Of a DNA stretch of 64,000 nt, positions 59,477 through 64,000 are shown one piece after another (the stretch's first letter is position 1; every line of letters begins with the position of its first letter). The notes under the pieces are model-generated. The model saw only the letters and a list, made by a program, of their open reading frames with translations. It ran no database searches and had not been told where the DNA came from. The DNA comes from Candidatus Calescibacterium sp. (lineage in GTDB: Bacteria; Calescibacteriota; Calescibacteriia; Calescibacteriales; Calescibacteriaceae), in the NCBI GenBank assembly GCA_032249135.1, contig JAVVGL010000001.1, positions 64,001 through 128,000 on the forward strand, in the 5' to 3' direction. A program made the translations under genes and the position numbers.

Positions 59477-60964
59477 ATGAAAATAGAAAAAAAAATATAC
59501 GCTATGATGTTTGATTTTGATGGAACACTGGCGGATACAGAAAAACTTCATTATCTTGCATTCAAAAAAGTTCTTGAGAAACTCAAAATTGAACTCTCAT
59601 GGGATGACTACATGAAAAAATATCTTGCTTACACAGACTATGACTTTTTCAAAGTCATCGCAAAAGAACAGGAAGAAAAAGGAGTAATATCACTAAAAGA
59701 AGAAGATATAAAATCTTTATGCGAAGAAAAGAAAAAATATTTTAGCGAATTTTTAAAAAGAGGAGAAGTTGAGCTTTATTCCGGTGTAAAAGAATTTATA
59801 GAATATGTTGGCTCAAAATATCCAATATGCATAGTTTCAGGAGCTCTTAAAGATGAAATAATCCCCGTACTTGAAAAAAATGGAATATTGAAATTCTTCA
59901 AGTTCATTGTATCATCAGAAGACTATAAAGAAGGCAAACCTTCAACTGAACCTTTTGATGTCGCAATAAAAAAGTTCGAAGAAATGGGAGTAGAAATTTC
60001 AAGAGATGGGACAATCGCGTTTGAAGACTCAATATATGGAGTAATTTCCGCAAAAAAATCCGGATTTTTAGTTGTAGCGGTAAAAAATTTCTATCCAGAA
60101 GATGAACTCAAAAAAAATGGAGCAGATATAGTAATAGATGGATTCTCAAACCCGCAAAAAATAGAAGAAGAAATAAAAACGAAAATTTCACAAAGAGTTT
60201 TTGATGGCGAAAGAGTTCTACTCGTTCCTGAAGGAAAAGATAAAACTTTCATGTTCAAAGCTCAATTCAACAATTCTCTCCACACACATATAGGAATAAT
60301 AAGAGGAAAAGATGTTGTAGGAAAATTTTATGGAGAGTATGTCCTTTCTTCAAAAGAAAAAAAATTTTACATACTTGAACCCGTATTACCCGATAGAATA
60401 ATGAAACTGAAAAGAAAGAGCGCAATTATATATCCAAAAGATAGCGCATTTATGATTTTCATTGCAGGAATAGGTCCCGGAAGCAAAGTTATAGAAACAG
60501 GATGCGGTTCAGGTGGATTGACAATTGCCCTTGCACACTTTGTAAAACCTCACGGAAAAGTATTCACATACGAAATAAGGGATGACTTCATTCAACTACT
60601 CAAAGAAAACCTTGAAGAAAATAACCTCACCCAATATGTTGAAATAAAAAAGAGAGATGTTTATAAAGAAGGATTTGATGAAAAAAATGTTGATGCTGTA
60701 TTTTTAGACCTACCAGAACCTTGGCACTGTATAAGATTTGCGTGGGAATCTTTGAAACCGTCAGGCGTACTTATATCTATTTCTCCAACAGTAAATCAAA
60801 CAGAAATAATGTGTGAGCTGATGAGAAGAAACGGTTTTATATTGGTTGATACCTATGAAGTTCTTGTAAGAAGGTTTTTAGCAAGAGAAGGAAAATCAAG
60901 ACCTTATGAAAATATGATTGCTCACACAGCTTACATATCAGCGGGAAGAAAAGTGATGATGTAA
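59477..60964 (+). CDS. trmI: Fusion: HAD phosphatase (beta-PGM/CbbY-like) + tRNA (adenine58-N1)-methyltransferase
   Basis: HAD motifs FDFDGTL, GKP, FEDSIYG; TrmI motifs IIYPKDSA, ETGCGSGGLT, YEIR, FLDLPEPW, AHTAY in one open frame. Confidence 0.85.
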   Translation: MKIEKKIYAMMFDFDGTLADTEKLHYLAFKKVLEKLKIELSWDDYMKKYLAYTDYDFFKVIAKEQEEKGVISLKEEDIKSLCEEKKKYFSEFLKRGEVELYSGVKEFIEYVGSKYPICIVSGALKDEIIPVLEKNGILKFFKFIVSSEDYKEGKPSTEPFDVAIKKFEEMGVEISRDGTIAFEDSIYGVISAKKSGFLVVAVKNFYPEDELKKNGADIVIDGFSNPQKIEEEIKTKISQRVFDGERVLLVPEGKDKTFMFKAQFNNSLHTHIGIIRGKDVVGKFYGEYVLSSKEKKFYILEPVLPDRIMKLKRKSAIIYPKDSAFMIFIAGIGPGSKVIETGCGSGGLTIALAHFVKPHGKVFTYEIRDDFIQLLKENLEENNLTQYVEIKKRDVYKEGFDEKNVDAVFLDLPEPWHCIRFAWESLKPSGVLISISPTVNQTEIMCELMRRNGFILVDTYEVLVRRFLAREGKSRPYENMIAHTAYISAGRKVMM

Positions 60965-61028
60965 ATTTTTTGGAAGATAAAACTTTGAAGAAAAATAAAA
61001 TCTCGGAACAATTTTCAAAATAAAAAGC

Positions 61029-62669
61029 ATGAAAAACCAAAGATTAGAAGAACAAAGATTAAAATTTAAAATCCCCATATACATTTCTCAGAATGTGATA
61101 GAAAAAATAGATCTGAAATATCTGAGAAAATTAGTAGATGACGATAAATCAGAATTTTATATCTCTTGCTTTTCAGTCGAAAAACTTTACACAAAATATA
61201 AGAAAAAGATAAATGACCTGATAAAAAAAGGAAAAATCAAGTTAATAAATCCACCAACTGAGTATATTGTTGCTCAAATTGAACAGAACGAAAAACCAGA
61301 AATTGCAGCGGAAAATTTCTTCAAGCTAAGATATGAAGACGGAATAATAATAAACAAAGAAAAAATAATAAACAAAGAAAAAATAAAAGAAAAAGAAAAA
61401 GAAAAGAGAAAAAAAGAAGGAAGAAAGAAAAACATCTGGGTGATTTTAAAAGAAATTGTATCTGAAAGCGTGAAGGAATTTCAAGAAAAGAGAAAAACAA
61501 AGAAAATTGAGATGCTAGATCTAAAAAGATTTCACAACTTGATATATGATGAGCTTGAACTTGAAATAAAAAAATGGTTATGTGATACAAATTACATTTT
61601 AGGTCAAAGAGTTGATGATTTTGAGAAAGAGCTTGCAAATTATCTTGGAGTAAAACACTGCATAGGTGTTGCATCTGGGACCGACGCGCTGGTTTTAGCT
61701 TTAAGAGCTATGGCTATAAAAATGGGTAAAGAATTTTTCTCCCATGAAGATAAAATAATAACCACACCTTTGACATTTACCGCAACTGCAATAGCAATAA
61801 TAAGAGCAGGAGCAACCCCAGTTTTTGTTGATATTGACCCAAAAACATTCAACATATCGCCAGAAAAAATAGAAGAGTATTTGCATAAAGATCCAAAAGG
61901 AGTTATAGGAATAATTCCTGTTCATATATATGGATTGCCCTGCGATATGAATAGTATAATGGAAATCGCAAAAAAATATAATCTTTTTGTTATTGAAGAC
62001 ACATCACAAGCACTCGGAGCCGAAATTGAAGGAAAAAAAGTAGGTACAATAGGAAATATCGGATGCCACAGCTTTTACCCATCAAAAAACCTCGGAGGTT
62101 TAGGAGACGGAGGAGCAATATCTACAAACGACGATGAAATAGCAGAAATAGTGAGAAGATTAAGAGAGTGCGGAGGAAAATCAAGATTTATTCCAGAAAA
62201 TATAGGTTATAATTCTCGGCTTGATGCAGTTCAAGCCACTTTGCTTAAAGTAAAACTCAAATATGTTGATAAACTAATTGAGCTGAAAAACAAAATAGCT
62301 CAGAAATATAAAGAAGGTCTAAAAGACCTTGAACATGAACTGGAGCTCCCATATATTCCAGATGGGATGAAACACTCATTTCATCAATACACAATAAAAG
62401 TAAAAAGAGGGGAAGAAGTAAGACAAAGACTCAAAGAATTTTTGGAGAAAAGAGGAATAGGAAATTTCATATATTACCCTGTATTTTTGCACAAAATTCA
62501 ACTTTTTTTAAAACTTGGAGCACAAATCGGTGGAAGTCTTGAAAACTCCGAAGATATATCAAAAAAAATCCTTTCAATACCAATAGATCCTCTCCTTACA
62601 GACGAAGAAGTAAGCAGAGTAATAAATGTAATTAAGGAATTTTTCTCTTCTACTCCCACTCAATCGTAG
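61029..62669 (+). CDS. DegT/DnrJ/EryC1/StrS aminotransferase with ~160-aa N-terminal extension
   Basis: VASGTDAL, IEDTSQALG, SFYPSKNLGGLGDGG, GYNSRLD; DegT domain starts near 61500. Confidence 0.88.
   Translation: MKNQRLEEQRLKFKIPIYISQNVIEKIDLKYLRKLVDDDKSEFYISCFSVEKLYTKYKKKINDLIKKGKIKLINPPTEYIVAQIEQNEKPEIAAENFFKLRYEDGIIINKEKIINKEKIKEKEKEKRKKEGRKKNIWVILKEIVSESVKEFQEKRKTKKIEMLDLKRFHNLIYDELELEIKKWLCDTNYILGQRVDDFEKELANYLGVKHCIGVASGTDALVLALRAMAIKMGKEFFSHEDKIITTPLTFTATAIAIIRAGATPVFVDIDPKTFNISPEKIEEYLHKDPKGVIGIIPVHIYGLPCDMNSIMEIAKKYNLFVIEDTSQALGAEIEGKKVGTIGNIGCHSFYPSKNLGGLGDGGAISTNDDEIAEIVRRLRECGGKSRFIPENIGYNSRLDAVQATLLKVKLKYVDKLIELKNKIAQKYKEGLKDLEHELELPYIPDGMKHSFHQYTIKVKRGEEVRQRLKEFLEKRGIGNFIYYPVFLHKIQLFLKLGAQIGGSLENSEDISKKILSIPIDPLLTDEEVSRVINVIKEFFSSTPTQS
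61347..61382 (+). repeat. 18-bp tandem duplication (IINKEK x2)
   Basis: ataataaacaaagaaaaa at 61347-61364 and 61365-61382. Confidence 0.8.
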
Positions 62670-64000
62670 CTGGTGGTTTAGATGTTATGTCATAAACTAC
62701 GCGGGAGACTTCCGGAATTTTTGCAGTAATTTTTCTTGAAACCTCATCTAAAAATTCGTAAGGCACTCTACTCCAATCTACCGTCATGCCATCAACGGAA
62801 TCAACTATTCTTATCGCAATAACATAGCCGTATCTTCTTCTATCACCTGAAACTCCAGTACTTTTTGAGTTAGTAAGAACACAGAAAGCTTGCCATACCT
62901 TGTTATAAAGTTCATATCTTATCAACTCTTCCTCCAAAATCTCGTCAGCTTCACGGAGAATATCTATTTTCTTTTTTGTTATTTCCCCTAAAATCCTGAC
63001 AGCAAGTCCTGGTCCCGGAAAAGGGTGTCTGAAAATTATATCATCTGGTATTCCTAAAATTTTCCCTATTTCCCTTACTTCGTCTTTATACAGTTGCCTA
63101 AAAGGTTCAACAAGTTCAAATCCAAGTTCCTCCGGAAGCCCACCGACATTGTGATGAGTTTTTATAACATGAGCTTTGCCAGAAGTAGAAACTCCACTTT
63201 CTATAACATCAGGGTATAAAGTTCCCTGTGCAAGAAACCTTATATTTTTTTCTCCTTTTTTTGAAATTGCATAGTTTTTGAAGACATCAATAAAAGTCTT
63301 CCCTATTATCTTTCTCTTTTTCTCTGGGTCTCTTACTCCTTTTAATTTAGAGAGAAAAATTTCTGATGCATCTGAAATGTTAATATTTATACCAAGTCTT
63401 GAAAAATTTTTCTTTATCTTTTCAACTTCATTTTTTCGTAAAAGCCCAGTATCTACAAGAACAAAATCTGCCTCATCACCTTTCGCCTTGTGAAGTAAAT
63501 AAGCCATAACTGTAGAGTCAACTCCGCCAGAGACAGCACATAATATCCCTCCTCTGAGCTGTTTTATCTCATAAATTTTTTCTTCAACAAAATTGCTCAA
63601 TGACCAATCAGAAGGTGATTTACAGATTTCAAAAACAAAATTCTTCAGAATTTCCAAACCGAACTCAGTGTGATATACCTCAGGATGGAACTGAACACCA
63701 AAAATATTCCCATATCTGAAAGCAGATATTGGTGAAAAATGAGTTTCACCAAGAATTTCAAAACTATCTGGAACTTCGGAGATTACATCTCCGTGAGACA
63801 TCCAAACAAAAAATTCAGATGGCAAATTTTGGAACAGCTTATCTTTTACCAAAACTTTGAATCTCGCTCTTCCATATTCTCCAATTTTTGCCTTTTTTAC
63901 CTTCCCTCCAAAAACATGAGCTATAAGCTGAGCTCCATAACATATTCCTAAAATGGGAATTTCAAGAGAAAATATTTCGGAATCAGGATATGGAGCATCC
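62650..64000 (-). CDS. guaA: GMP synthase (glutamine-hydrolysing), 5' partial
   Basis: Frame open to the window edge with ILGICYG; WMSHGD, QFHPEV, SGGVDS, IKTHHNVGG, YDITSKPPATIEWE. Confidence 0.97.
   Translation of the reverse strand, partial: DAPYPDSEIFSLEIPILGICYGAQLIAHVFGGKVKKAKIGEYGRARFKVLVKDKLFQNLPSEFFVWMSHGDVISEVPDSFEILGETHFSPISAFRYGNIFGVQFHPEVYHTEFGLEILKNFVFEICKSPSDWSLSNFVEEKIYEIKQLRGGILCAVSGGVDSTVMAYLLHKAKGDEADFVLVDTGLLRKNEVEKIKKNFSRLGININISDASEIFLSKLKGVRDPEKKRKIIGKTFIDVFKNYAISKKGEKNIRFLAQGTLYPDVIESGVSTSGKAHVIKTHHNVGGLPEELGFELVEPFRQLYKDEVREIGKILGIPDDIIFRHPFPGPGLAVRILGEITKKKIDILREADEILEEELIRYELYNKVWQAFCVLTNSKSTGVSGDRRRYGYVIAIRIVDSVDGMTVDWSRVPYEFLDEVSRKITAKIPEVSRVVYDITSKPPATIEWE

Noticed and set aside
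1..64000. CRISPR array, tRNA, rRNA, intact transposase, integrase or reverse transcriptase
   Set aside because: No regularly spaced repeats with spacers, no tRNA T-arm/cloverleaf signature and no such protein motifs seen by eye

Overview
AT-rich 64 kb chromosomal window from a Gram-negative bacterium. Lys/Glu/Ile-rich proteins and TrmI suggest a thermophile, and several surface proteins look myxobacteria/deltaproteobacteria-like (both inference). Backbone genes: cstA, dgt, rfbA, gspE/pilB, lolC/E-like, map, parB, csp, metK, rpmF, pyrR, proA, ddl, leuA, pssA, serS, argD, ispE, guaA. Accessory DNA: (1) a surface-glycan cluster with a perosamine-synthase-like aminotransferase and three methyltransferases; (2) two Rpn-family PD-(D/E)XK genes with candidate internal antitoxin starts, plus an orphan 77-bp Rpn fragment; (3) an ACAD/ADC-like/ACAD/PrpD cluster; (4) a ~1470-aa Cys-rich surface protein split by two single-base frameshifts; (5) a heptad-repeat nuclease-like gene flanked by an 11-bp direct repeat; (6) a ~410-bp segment bounded by 23-bp inverted repeats; (7) a candidate defence island of a PD-(D/E)XK-like protein, an AAA ATPase and a doubly frameshifted PIN gene missed by the ORF track; (8) a HAD phosphatase-TrmI fusion. 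I saw no tRNA, rRNA, CRISPR array or intact transposase. All family assignments come from motif recognition by eye, not database searches.
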